A stretch of DNA of 64,000 bases from an uncultured Elusimicrobia bacterium. Lineage in GTDB: Bacteria; Elusimicrobiota; Elusimicrobia; 2-01-FULL-59-12. Shown here piece by piece: positions 23,801 to 33,000 of the stretch. The stretch is taken from contig OY969767.1 in assembly GCA_963702895.1 (NCBI GenBank), forward strand, positions 768,001 to 832,000, read 5' to 3'. The position numbers and the translations under genes are program-made. The notes below the pieces were generated by a model. It worked only from the letters and a program-made list of their open reading frames with translations. It was not told the DNA's origin and ran no database searches. Within the stretch, counting starts at the first letter, position 1, and every line of letters begins with the position of its first letter.

Positions 23801-26800
23801 CAAAGCAGCTGCAAGAACTCTTGGGTGTCGCAGAATTAGACCCTGAGAAAGAGTTTATTGTCGCAGACGCCGCGACGGGAGAGATCTACGGGCAGCACAA
23901 AATACAGAAAATCTTAGAACAAGAGTTCAAAGTGGGTGTCCCTGTCGGGAAATTCCAGATGCTGCAGTTTTTGCCCGTGACAGCTCCCACCGCTGAGGGC
24001 GAAACGGTGGCCGAGAAGTCACTCCGGACCGTTCCAGCCTCCTGGTCGGGTAACGCGCTCTACTCGGCACTTCTGGCCATCGCGGGGTACTTCTCAGGCA
24101 TCGAAGCATTGGAGTCGGCTGCGCTGGCGTCCTTTATCGCAGGATCGGTCCTCTTCGTTGAGGAATACCTTTATATGAAGCGCCGAGGACTGGATCGGTT
24201 GGGTTGGAGGGACGCGAAGGGAGCCATTGGGACCGTTCCCGGTATGAGTCCGTTCCGCGCCCGCCGCGTCGCCTGGCATGAGAAGCTGGTGCACGCCGTT
24301 CCCGGCGGCGCCGCGGCGGATTTCTTCGTCGCGCCCTTCGCGGACTGGGCGGCGCTCGCGCTGGCGGCACTGGGATTTACCGTTGACTCCGAGGTTTGGA
24401 CGCGGGTGCGACAGTTCCGCGGTCTTCTGGCCCACGAATGGGGGCATTATGGGGCTGCCAAACGTCATGGTCTTGCTGTGGGAACGTCCTTAGGGACCCT
24501 GTTTCGCGAAGCTTGGCAGGGTGAAGGCCGCGTTACCGTTCCCGAGATGGATACGAGTCAGTACCTTGGCCGCACCGATCGGGTCTATCATCGCAAGGCC
24601 CTGCGGGTTGCTCAGGGCGGGATCCGGGCCAATTTTAATGCAGCGGTTCGCGACAGTGTGATCGCGGCGGCCGGCAGTTTCTATGCCTGGCATTCGCTAA
24701 GCGGCTTAACGGCCGCTGTCATCACCGCAGCGCTCGCCGCCTGGATGGCGTATTCCATTGACAGCAACCGGCTCCTCACGCTCAACGAGTTGCACCGGCT
24801 TGAGGTGAACAGCGATACGCGGCGGATGCAGTATCACCTGCGCGAGCTTCACCCCGAACCGCCCGCACGGAACTGGTTCCAGCGATGGATCATATTCCCC
24901 GCGATCATCGTTCACGAGCGCGGTCACTACCACGCGTCCCGGCGCCTCGGCCTGAAGCCAAAAGGCTGGCTCATCCCGACACTCCGCTACCTATGGACGG
25001 GGAAAGGGATGCCCTTCGTCACCCACAGGCAAACGGCGTTGATGGATATCACGACCATAGGCGAGGCGATCGCTGCGCAGCGGGATCTCCTGGAGGTCTA
25101 CCGCGCGGGAGCGATCGCCAACTTCGACGCCGGCTGGAAAGTGATCCTTCCCATGGCAGCCCTGCTGGCCGGTACACTGTCGATAGGCGGTCCGATCGGT
25201 TCGGCGCTGACGGGATCCGTTCTGGCAGGCTCGATCTGGTTTCTTTGGAACAACGGTCATGGATTTATCCGAAGCGCCGGCGTGCCTTGGGACAGGGGTG
25301 ATCCCTTCGGGTCGCAGATGGGACAGGCCGCCATCCAAATCTTGTCGGACATTGAAGCCAGAGAAAGGAAAAAACTCGGGGAAGCGGGGCGCGAGGCCCC
25401 CATCCCGATGCGTCCTCACCTGGATGAGTTGTTCGTAAGACTCTTCCGCTTCACGGGCCCAGCACCGATTCCAACGAGCGCGGAGATAAGAGCTCAATCT
25501 TCCGGAAAAACAAGGGGCAGCGCGCCTGACGATCGCCAGCCGGCCGCAGCGGCTCGCTCCGGCGCCGGGAAGGACTGGGAGAGTCAGAAACAGGATTTCT
25601 TGAGGCGCATCGCTGCGGCCCCTACGGAAGAGGATCTCAAACACGTCTATCGAGCGATGGCCGTGGAATTCCATCCCGACAAGAATTTGGGCGATCCAAG
25701 GGGTGCAGAAGAAATATTCAAGCAGCTGTGCAACGCCATCGCCCGAAGGGTCAAACCTGGTTCCGAGGACGAGTCGCCAGAGGAAGTCCAAGGGTCCGAC
25801 AATCTCGAATGGCTAAAGCAATGGCTCGACGGTGAATTGCGTGGCAGCGGCTTTAGGGTCGTCCGGTGGCCGGAGGACCTCGGGCCGGAAACGAGCGCTC
25901 CTTATGCCCGAGATAATCAACGCGTTGTCGGCGGAGCGATCCGCGCGCTGAAAGAACGTTCGAACGGACCCGGCGCGAGGCCCGGTCGCGCTGATCACGA
26001 TCAGCGCTTGTCGCGGGGCGACTCAACGCTGGCGTCGGCGATTTCAGCGGAGGAGGCGTTGGCCACCTTGCCAGGATCCGGAGCCGACCGTGGAGGCGCA
26101 GAATCTGTCCCAGGTGACCCGCTTGGGTCGGCTCGTTTCACAGCGGAAAAATTGCACAAGGCCAGAACCCTGCGCGTCGGCGAGATTGTCCACCTCCGAC
26201 GGGGGGACCAGCTGTTCAGGACCGTTGTGCTCGGAGCGATGACGGCGGCGCATCCTACCCTGGAACTGATCAAAGTTCCAGCTCCGTTCGGGGTTGTGGG
26301 CGATATGCTTTTTCCGGAACCACTACCTGCGGAGTTCTTTGACTTGGATCCTGCCGAAATCGCTTCCGTCGCGATAGACCTTGAACGGGAACCAATCCGC
26401 CAGAGCAAGAAAGTCATTACGATCGGCGACCAGCTGGAGGTCACCTATGATTACGGACGAAGAGCCAGGGTGACCGTCGTGGCATATAACGATGGAATGT
26501 TCGTGTGCATTGGACATCAGCGCTTGTGGGACCGGCCGGACCACTATGGGGGCTATGGAATGTCGTTCGGCGAGCAATATGCTCGTGAAGAACTTGAGAG
26601 GTCGGGTGGAAACCTGCGCAAGGCCCCGCTCCAACCGGTTGATGAACCTTCCCTGCCCGCGGAGCATCCTGGCCAGCCGGCCCAGGCCAATGTCTCGGAG
26701 ACGCATACCTTGAGCTTCGGCACTCTCACCGTCCATTCTGCGCGGGAGACCGTTCCGGGATTGTGGAGGATCGAGTTCAGCGTTGAAGGGGGGGATGTTC

Positions 26801-29800
26801 GGGCGAACCACGGCGTCGTCTTATCGATGGATCCAGGGCGGTTTCGGATTGAACCCGTCGTTTCGAGGAAGGTTCTCGAACGGAACTTTGATCCCCGGAA
26901 CGGCGAACCGCTCGTCCAAACTCCCGATCTCCGTATGGGATACACGGTTCGGGACATGGCGGAGGGCCGAGCGCCCGAAGAGGACCTGATTCGACCCGCG
27001 GGTGCGCGGCCAGACCGGGAAGCGCTTGTCTTGGCCGTCCCCGCGACGGATAACATCTTGTCGCGCAACGCCCTTCTTGGGATCGACGGGAAGCTGGTGG
27101 CCAGGCCGAAGCAGGCCGTCGGCCTGACGGAATCGCGCATACAACCCCCTATGGGGTGGCATTCGATGTTGAGCCTGGACCCGAACAAGCCCGTCGTGTT
27201 CAAGCTGAGATTGAGCCTGAACAACGTTACTTTTGTCGACGAGGATGGGGCCACCGAAGCCACCGAATTTTCGAAGGTCCCTTTTGATCCACCCTTGGTC
27301 ATTAGGGATGAACAGCGACGGCAGGTGGACAAACTGCCCGTGCGGAACTTCGTGTCTGGGCAGAGGGTGGTTGAAGGGGGCCGCAATGTGGCTGGCGAGC
27401 TGCGGCGCGACCCCGAAACGATGTCGACGGGAGATTCGGTCAATTGGGGAAATGTCGACGAGCCCATGGCCTTCAGTCTCAATGGATACACCCGCGCCGG
27501 GCGGTTGGGTGTCCTCCAGGTTTGGGGAAATCCTGATCCCGAACAAAACGGCGGGAAAGCCGAACTGAATATCAAGCAAGCCGCCGAAGTGGCCTTGGCG
27601 TTCGGCTTCGAGGATGCGATTCTGGGCGCGGCAAGCGGTGGCGTGTACCGCGCTGAGCGGTCCCCTCAGGCGCAGGCAACGGAATTCATCGCGGAGGGTG
27701 CCCCGGGGAAGAGAAATAGTCGCCTCGATCAACATCTGAGGGTCCGCGGGAAGCCCGGCGATCCGGGCCTTCGTTTGGGAGCGGCCTTTCTCATGATTTA
27801 TCAGCGCGCCGGCCTGAATAAGGGAGCAACGAGGCATGGCATTGAGACGGGCTCGGGTCAAACGGCCCCTCTCAGGCGCGGGCTCCCTGCGGTTTCCCAC
27901 CGCCCGGCCGAGAAATCCTTGGCGACGGTCAAGGCCGCCTGGGCGGGCAGTGCGGCTTACACCGCGGTGGCCTTGGCCGTCGGGATCTTTTTCCGGCATG
28001 GGGAATGGGCCGCGGCGGCGGCGCTTTTCCTGATTGCCTCTTCGCTCCTTTTCGGCGAGGAGCATCGGTTCATGAGCCGGACAGGCCTGGACCGCTTGGG
28101 GCAGAAAACGGCTGACGGCGCCACCTGGATCGCCCCGGAGTTGGGCCGCGGCTTCCGCGCCCGCCGCGTCGCCTGGCATGAGAAGCTGGTGCACGCCGTT
28201 CCCGGCGGCGCCGCGGCAGATTTCTTCGTCGCGCCCTTCGCGGACTGGCTGGCCCTCGCGCTAGCGGCGCTGGGATTTGAGGTCAGAATGGCCTTGGCTG
28301 AACTCAGAGAAACCCTGGAGGCCGAACAGCCCGCCGTCGCTCCGATTCCAATTGAAGCGGCCGATCAGGCGGATTCCCTCGTTGTGGGCACGATTGAGGC
28401 TCGATGGCCGCTGGAGGAGCAAAAGGAGCTGTTGGCCCGTCTCGTTCCCCAGGCCGCCAAGCAGGATGTGGTGGTGGTGCTGCAGGAGCCGCTGGCGGAA
28501 GGGCTGCCGATGAAGGTGACTCTCACCCGCCGCGAATGGACCGCAAACGCCAGCGATCCCTTCAGCACCCTGATGCAGCTCTTGGAGTCCCAGGAGAAGG
28601 CGGTAGACGGGACCGGTTCGGGCTTTTTTAAGATCTACGATGACGGGCAAAGCCTCGAGACGGTTCGTCTTCCCGTTCCCGGGGTCGCCGGAGTAGAAGC
28701 GGAGTATACCGTGAATCTCTTGCGGGCGAACCGTCCGGGCGGAGGCGGCCGTTCGACGGAATGCACCTTGTGCGGGGGAGTGATCAAAGAGAGATTCCCG
28801 AATGAGCTGGGGATGCGCATGGGGCCGCTGACGGTTTATTTTAATCCCTTCTCGTTCTGGCCGTCGCGCCACGATCAGGATCCCCTGACGTCGGCTTGCC
28901 ATGTGGTTGCCGTCTGGGGGGATGAACACCTGTCCCAAACGCGGCTCGCCGAGATCCGCTCGTTGCGTGCGCTGCGCGAAGAGTGGATGCGGCTGAATGA
29001 ATCGCCGCGCCTGCGGAATCAAACCAAGTTCCGTATGTTTTTGAACGGATGGAATTACGATCCCGAGCGCCCCGAAAATAGCGGGGGAGCGACCCAAGAT
29101 CATATCCATGCGCACTGGGCACGCAAGCCCTTCGCTTCGGAGGCATGTCCGGTGGCGTCGAGGGCTTTACCCAGCGGCGTGCGGGTGGGCCTCGTGAATT
29201 TGCTGCCGGATGCCGATGGCCAGAAGTCCTTCGATCACGTGGCGCTCTCGCTCGAAGCCGATCGGGAGCATCTGTCCGAACTTGATGAGGAAATCGCGAG
29301 AGCCCTTAAGCTCATTACAGGCGAAAAAGATTCCTTTAATGTCCTCTATTTCGAAGTGCCAGCGGAAGGGTCACGCCCTTCTTCTATTCGTGCCCTGGTG
29401 ACGGGACGCAACCGGGGAGTCCCGATGACGGGCCATGGGGCCTATGGCGCTCCGCAAGTGCTCGGGTTGAACCAAGTCATTGGAGACCGGCCGGGTCATT
29501 TTTATGATTTGTCACCAGAACAGCAGGTTTCCCTTGAAGCGCTACCCTTGGGAAAGGTGCTTGAGTGGGTTCGTCTTGAGCGAGCGCAAGGGCGTTTGCG
29601 GGTTCGATCTCCCGAAGATTTACAGAACCGCTATCGGCAGGCACTGCGGGAAACAGCCTACTCCCGAGGTCAAGTGGAAAATCTGATGAGACGCATCATC
29701 GATGCTGCCGAATCGGGATGGCGAAACAAAATCGGCAAATTCATGAGTTCATTGGTTTTACCGATTTGGCGGCAATGGAATGCGCTCCGCCGAGATAAAA

Positions 29801-29835
29801 CCGTTGAAAATAAAAGAATATGGAGTTCCGCCTGA
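20881..29835 (+). CDS. Giant modular exported/membrane protein (ORF2), about 2,980 aa
   Basis: TTG at 20881 follows AGGAGA; signal peptide MKTLHSFIALVLSVVLIAQPAAA; the ORF track uses an upstream ATG at 20797. Confidence 0.88.
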   Translation: MKTLHSFIALVLSVVLIAQPAAASWPPHSQASGSQTVLSESSPQERVTQEALLLGGYWFRQAITTTQTAFRLRRAVPRSLSPVFLRTVRFTLGIAAAALSGGALGLAYIDDVYDNPTPRTPAPQTPNFYKNWLEFVGDNSPDWQRFNLLGAVVLQVSAKNDGGIFTFDQIKQDTLDSFENHLLPANEEKIQSLLSKMVELHLVRQDAEGRYAPLVEPEVIAVKTENVAFIQRQLEHALRKGARDGVKAETHLYQLLEHYARIVERWKLDPLEARWPVLKAVARLSQADQTHLLKFLDAHADQLQHWPLMGSMLLMLRREFPPDWLLKHAPHMVGRNHYIVGSEGWYAAGGLGRVLQYNAAAIQHLAQGHMPVITIEPYYSHWLDGQRKLHQGLRYGPGGPLITPVEGLSEVPVMSFEVEVNHRQVLAEVFEGTNEYGVKVYLIRDRQINPANGETESLITRVVYNYRETDKLASDEAISTAEEFTEFMSRASLKLIQSLEEKKQEAMLAAGDTSYKAPVISVNDGQFGPFALFKRDLDRVWKALSGAVISFVTHTYRNRMWFRGVDSSSMGAAFADFVQCVASIHRQEKAAPADPDIRVVANTNGDNRALTRRLFLKLWTQLFGHAHHEHPSDEQIRKLKYQAKKQMRFDRTLLESLGIFRADEYVLDPDKLVLVFTGRLDPVKAGRERALTDDNIRLLVSLGVQVVIYGNIQATTKEMYDDLVRLAKEVNQVPEGTDPKTRGKLIVRSGWGQPEQIELLAAADVLVVDSDRGTEAAGISETDGMATGCIIVGPAGLEGILQKQGLPINRAEAYSGNTAIPEESTQVGYAKVYQWLLELYEKDPVRFASYQAASVRLSRILEAELPAAENLRQYDRAVQRKDDPLYLLTEIRQRLTEADKYLWSYRVKTELLNFLASSLISHSIAFEREDIKTSIIRLENGEVLLLAVDRTDTRPSPWGEKKFGRLLFNASVDAKQLQELLGVAELDPEKEFIVADAATGEIYGQHKIQKILEQEFKVGVPVGKFQMLQFLPVTAPTAEGETVAEKSLRTVPASWSGNALYSALLAIAGYFSGIEALESAALASFIAGSVLFVEEYLYMKRRGLDRLGWRDAKGAIGTVPGMSPFRARRVAWHEKLVHAVPGGAAADFFVAPFADWAALALAALGFTVDSEVWTRVRQFRGLLAHEWGHYGAAKRHGLAVGTSLGTLFREAWQGEGRVTVPEMDTSQYLGRTDRVYHRKALRVAQGGIRANFNAAVRDSVIAAAGSFYAWHSLSGLTAAVITAALAAWMAYSIDSNRLLTLNELHRLEVNSDTRRMQYHLRELHPEPPARNWFQRWIIFPAIIVHERGHYHASRRLGLKPKGWLIPTLRYLWTGKGMPFVTHRQTALMDITTIGEAIAAQRDLLEVYRAGAIANFDAGWKVILPMAALLAGTLSIGGPIGSALTGSVLAGSIWFLWNNGHGFIRSAGVPWDRGDPFGSQMGQAAIQILSDIEARERKKLGEAGREAPIPMRPHLDELFVRLFRFTGPAPIPTSAEIRAQSSGKTRGSAPDDRQPAAAARSGAGKDWESQKQDFLRRIAAAPTEEDLKHVYRAMAVEFHPDKNLGDPRGAEEIFKQLCNAIARRVKPGSEDESPEEVQGSDNLEWLKQWLDGELRGSGFRVVRWPEDLGPETSAPYARDNQRVVGGAIRALKERSNGPGARPGRADHDQRLSRGDSTLASAISAEEALATLPGSGADRGGAESVPGDPLGSARFTAEKLHKARTLRVGEIVHLRRGDQLFRTVVLGAMTAAHPTLELIKVPAPFGVVGDMLFPEPLPAEFFDLDPAEIASVAIDLEREPIRQSKKVITIGDQLEVTYDYGRRARVTVVAYNDGMFVCIGHQRLWDRPDHYGGYGMSFGEQYAREELERSGGNLRKAPLQPVDEPSLPAEHPGQPAQANVSETHTLSFGTLTVHSARETVPGLWRIEFSVEGGDVRANHGVVLSMDPGRFRIEPVVSRKVLERNFDPRNGEPLVQTPDLRMGYTVRDMAEGRAPEEDLIRPAGARPDREALVLAVPATDNILSRNALLGIDGKLVARPKQAVGLTESRIQPPMGWHSMLSLDPNKPVVFKLRLSLNNVTFVDEDGATEATEFSKVPFDPPLVIRDEQRRQVDKLPVRNFVSGQRVVEGGRNVAGELRRDPETMSTGDSVNWGNVDEPMAFSLNGYTRAGRLGVLQVWGNPDPEQNGGKAELNIKQAAEVALAFGFEDAILGAASGGVYRAERSPQAQATEFIAEGAPGKRNSRLDQHLRVRGKPGDPGLRLGAAFLMIYQRAGLNKGATRHGIETGSGQTAPLRRGLPAVSHRPAEKSLATVKAAWAGSAAYTAVALAVGIFFRHGEWAAAAALFLIASSLLFGEEHRFMSRTGLDRLGQKTADGATWIAPELGRGFRARRVAWHEKLVHAVPGGAAADFFVAPFADWLALALAALGFEVRMALAELRETLEAEQPAVAPIPIEAADQADSLVVGTIEARWPLEEQKELLARLVPQAAKQDVVVVLQEPLAEGLPMKVTLTRREWTANASDPFSTLMQLLESQEKAVDGTGSGFFKIYDDGQSLETVRLPVPGVAGVEAEYTVNLLRANRPGGGGRSTECTLCGGVIKERFPNELGMRMGPLTVYFNPFSFWPSRHDQDPLTSACHVVAVWGDEHLSQTRLAEIRSLRALREEWMRLNESPRLRNQTKFRMFLNGWNYDPERPENSGGATQDHIHAHWARKPFASEACPVASRALPSGVRVGLVNLLPDADGQKSFDHVALSLEADREHLSELDEEIARALKLITGEKDSFNVLYFEVPAEGSRPSSIRALVTGRNRGVPMTGHGAYGAPQVLGLNQVIGDRPGHFYDLSPEQQVSLEALPLGKVLEWVRLERAQGRLRVRSPEDLQNRYRQALRETAYSRGQVENLMRRIIDAAESGWRNKIGKFMSSLVLPIWRQWNALRRDKTVENKRIWSSA
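21890..23520 (+). other. ORF2 domain: GT-B alpha-glucan enzyme (GT5 glycogen synthase/GT35 phosphorylase-like)
   Basis: AAGGLGRV, VISVNDGQ, FVTHTY, NTNGD, LDPDKLVLVFTGRL, AADVLV..S...TEAAGISE. Confidence 0.7.
24253..24378 (+). repeat. Coding repeat copy 2
   Basis: Near-identical to 28153-28278 (exactly 3,900 bp downstream) and to 20491-20609. Confidence 0.95.
24420..25320 (+). other. ORF2 domain: two tandem membrane metallopeptidase (M50/site-2 protease-like) units
   Basis: LAHEWGHYGAAKRHGL...VAQGGIRANF and IVHERGHYHASRRLGL...VYRAGAIANF, each followed by TM helices. Confidence 0.6.
25615..25740 (+). other. ORF2 domain: J-domain (DnaJ-like)
   Basis: EEDLKHVYRAMAVEFHPDKN...AEEIFKQL with an intact HPD motif. 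Confidence 0.85.
26790..27800 (+). other. ORF2 domain: divergent phosphodiester glycosidase (NAGPA/DUF2233-like)
   Basis: VLSMDPGRFRIEP, TVRDMA, LGIDGKLV, VVEGG, GYTRAGRLGVLQVWG, LNIKQAAEVALAFGFEDAIL; lacks the canonical LDGGGS. Confidence 0.45.
28153..28278 (+). repeat. Coding repeat copy 3
   Basis: Near-identical to 24253-24378. Confidence 0.95.
28760..29460 (+). other. ORF2 domain: HIT-superfamily nucleotide-sugar phosphorylase/transferase-like
   Basis: CTLC, YFNPF, HVVAV...EHLSQ, FLNG, GGATQDHIHAH (HxHxH triad at 29101-29115). Confidence 0.65.
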
Positions 29836-30004
29836 TGCCCCGTCTAAGAGGTCGCAAGAGGGGCCAGGGGGAAATGTAGGTCTATCGGGCAAGGAAATTT
29901 AGCCGAAGGTTTGATTGTTTTAGAGCGAAATAGAGGTCACAATATTGAGAGCCGTAGGTCGCAAACATCACGTTTGTGCATAGCCGAGGAGGCATTGGAA
30001 TTCC

Positions 30005-33000
30005 ATGTTTACTAACAACATTGTCAACAAACTGAAAAAATCTTTAGCTTCGCTTTTAGCGGGGCTTATGCTGCTTCCGTCCTTGCCGGCCTCGTCCAAT
30101 GCCTTCGGACCATCGGTCGCAAACCCCTTTGCTTCGCTCACGCCGCCTCCCCAGGTGGCCACGCTGGTTTCGACCTCCGCCTCCAAGAAGTCCGCCGAGC
30201 GCCAACCCCAAGTCATTCTCATTCAAGATTTGCACTTCAACTACTCCGTGCAGCGCAACATTGCGCGGCTGTTGGATTTTCTGGGCCAGCAAGGCGTGGT
30301 CGGATCGCGCATTGCTGTGGAAGGCGCGGTCGGCGAAGTCGACAACAGCCTTTTGACGGAGGTCAAGAACCTCAAAGTCCGCGGGGAACTGGCGGACTTC
30401 CTGATGCACAACGGCGAGCTCACGGGCTCGCAGTACTACTCGGTGATGTCTGGCCAGCCGAAGATTTTGCAGGGTGTGGAAGATCCCGCCTTCTTCCAGG
30501 CCAACCGTGATGTCTTCCGTCTCTCTTATGGCAACCGGCGACAGGCTTCTCGACAGATTTCCCAGCTTCGAGCGCGCCTGGAAACGCTCGTGCCGACGGT
30601 CTGCTCGGGGTCCGTCCGCCGCTTGCAGAGCGCGGGGAAACGCTTTGAAGCCGGCAGACTCTCCATGGAGAGGTATTGGAACCGGCTGCACACCTTGGGC
30701 CAGAGCGCCAATGTCCCGCTGCCCGTGCCGCTCGAGAATTATCTGCTGGGGACGCCGGAGCGCCGCAGCGAGCTTTTGCTCACGAGTGACCTCTACCAGG
30801 CGCTCGGCGACTACGCGCTCGCCGTCCAGGCCGCGCTCGCCAAGACCCCGGTGGAGAAGAACCTTATCCGTCTGATCAACGAATTTACCCTGGTCGAACG
30901 CGCCCTGAACCAGCACACCACCCTGGAAGAAATCCGGCACGTCGTGGGACGGATGGACCAGACGGCGGCGCTGGTGCAGCTCCTGGCGAAAGACCTGAAG
31001 GCAGACCTTGGTTTTGACGTTGAACGGTTCAAGGAAGCCCTGAGGGCCAGCGTTGATTTCTATGTCGCCGCCCTGATGCGCAACGAGCCGATGCTGGAGA
31101 ATACGCTTGCGCTTGTACGGCAGAGCAACCCAACAACGGAGCTATCGAACAGCGGAGCAACCAAACGGCGGATCAGTCGTCCGGCGGGCCCGAAGTCTGG
31201 CAGCTCTGACTCACGGTTGTTCCGCCCCACGTCAGCTCCGCCGTCTGGTAGGTCCATCGTTCTTGTTGTGGGCGGCTTCCACACCGACTACTTCACGCGC
31301 GAGCTCTCCCGCCGCGGTGTCTCCTACGCCGTCTACGCGCCGCAGGTGGACTCACACACTCCTGCCGATGATGCGCTCTATGTTAAGCGCTTCATGGGTG
31401 AGCGTATGACGGTCAATGAAGCCACTGCCTGGATCAAAGCCCACGGTGGAATTCGTGGCTCTCCGCGTGCGTATCAAGGAGCGGGGTGGGTTCCGCCGCT
31501 TCGTGGCATTCAGGGGTGGCTGACTCCACTTGCGAGGGAATCTGAGAGAATCGGATCGTTATACGGGCTTGCGCCAACTCGATTCCTTACAAGACTACGA
31601 GATCAAAAACGATCATTAGATTTCGCGAAACGCCAACAGGTTCGAACAGGCACTCTAGACGATCTCGCTGATCCCGCCTTCGAAGATGATGAACTTGTCC
31701 CAGGTGGTATTGAACTGAAATCCGTGTTGGCTCTCCTGCTGAGACTCAGCAGCGAGTCGGATAGTTTCCCCACTTTCCCTATCAAGGAAATGGAGTTTAC
31801 TGCGGACGAAGAATTGGTTGTTGTGCGGAATCAGCCGCAAATCGAGAGAGTAAGTGTTGAGACCTGGAGAACCAAAGATCGAAGCAAATTTATTGCGATC
31901 GTTCCACGCGAAGGGAATGAGACAACCTTTAAGGCCATTATTCATGTTGACGCTATCAGGCACAACCCGACTTTCAAGGCCAACCCCTATATCTTTTGGA
32001 CAAAGTTTGTGCTTCATGAAACGGCAGAGTTTGGGATGAATGGTCAAAGCGTCAGCCATGAAGTCCTGGAAGAGAACGGGTTGGATGCCGATGGCGATTC
32101 CAACATCACGCTCATGCAGCTCTATAAAAAGTTCTCTCAATTTATCCCGACGATCGAACAAGAACTGATTAATCATCATGGACGTCGTCAGGAAGCTGAA
32201 TTCGCTATGAAGGCTTGGAAGTATATTCGCGAACAACGCCAAGAAGCCCCCGCTGATCCCGAGAAGCTCATAGAAACCAACGGGCCGCTAGACGAGCCTG
32301 GTCGCCCAGCAAGACCCGATCTTCATATGGGAAATCTGACTCCTGAGGATATTAAGGTGATTAGTTCCTTCGCGCGGCGTAAGGGTCTAGTACCACAGAC
32401 CGGTTTTCGCCCTGCGAGATTACAGGACTTAGAACCCATAGACCCCACTCGTTCTCCTGACGAAGCGGTTCGAGCTCATTTGAATGGATTTGTGATTACC
32501 CAGTTCTTCGATGGCGGAAATGCAAGTCGTATGAAAAAAGGGTTAGCAAGTCGAGGGTTGAACAACGTCTTAACAGCAACAGAAAACCTAGCATTACATT
32601 TCCTGCCGCCCGGAAAAGTCTTGGATGGAGTTCCAGATCCAATTTACTGGGGGGCCAGAACTCTCTTGCGCCTCAATCAATCGGTTCGGAAGTTGGCAAG
32701 AAATAACCCTAAATACGGTGTTTCGGAGCTGCAGGCCTTAAAAAATCAGAGAATCATTCTCCATGTGAATGATCAAATGTTGCCATATATCGAGCAAGAT
32801 TTACTTGACCACTATTTCTATGGGTTTGAACCAGAGAACATCTATATCCTGGTCAGTCGTACATATAACAAGCTGGTCTACGATGCTAAGTTAAAGTTGT
32901 GGGTCCAAGGAAGAATGAATGAAGACCCTGACTCGCAGTCTGTGCTGGGCAACGGCACCCCCATCGAAATGTTGCTAGAGGACAGACAAGTTTATAATGC

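Noticed and set aside
20491..28278. DGR template/variable repeat pair
   Set aside because: All three copies are in-frame coding sequence, differences are not restricted to adenines, and there is no RT.
29845..29990. Lysine or c-di-GMP-I riboswitch call
   Set aside because: Only isolated fragments (AGAGGTCGC, GCCGAAG, TAGCCG) match; the required stems and remaining conserved motifs are missing.
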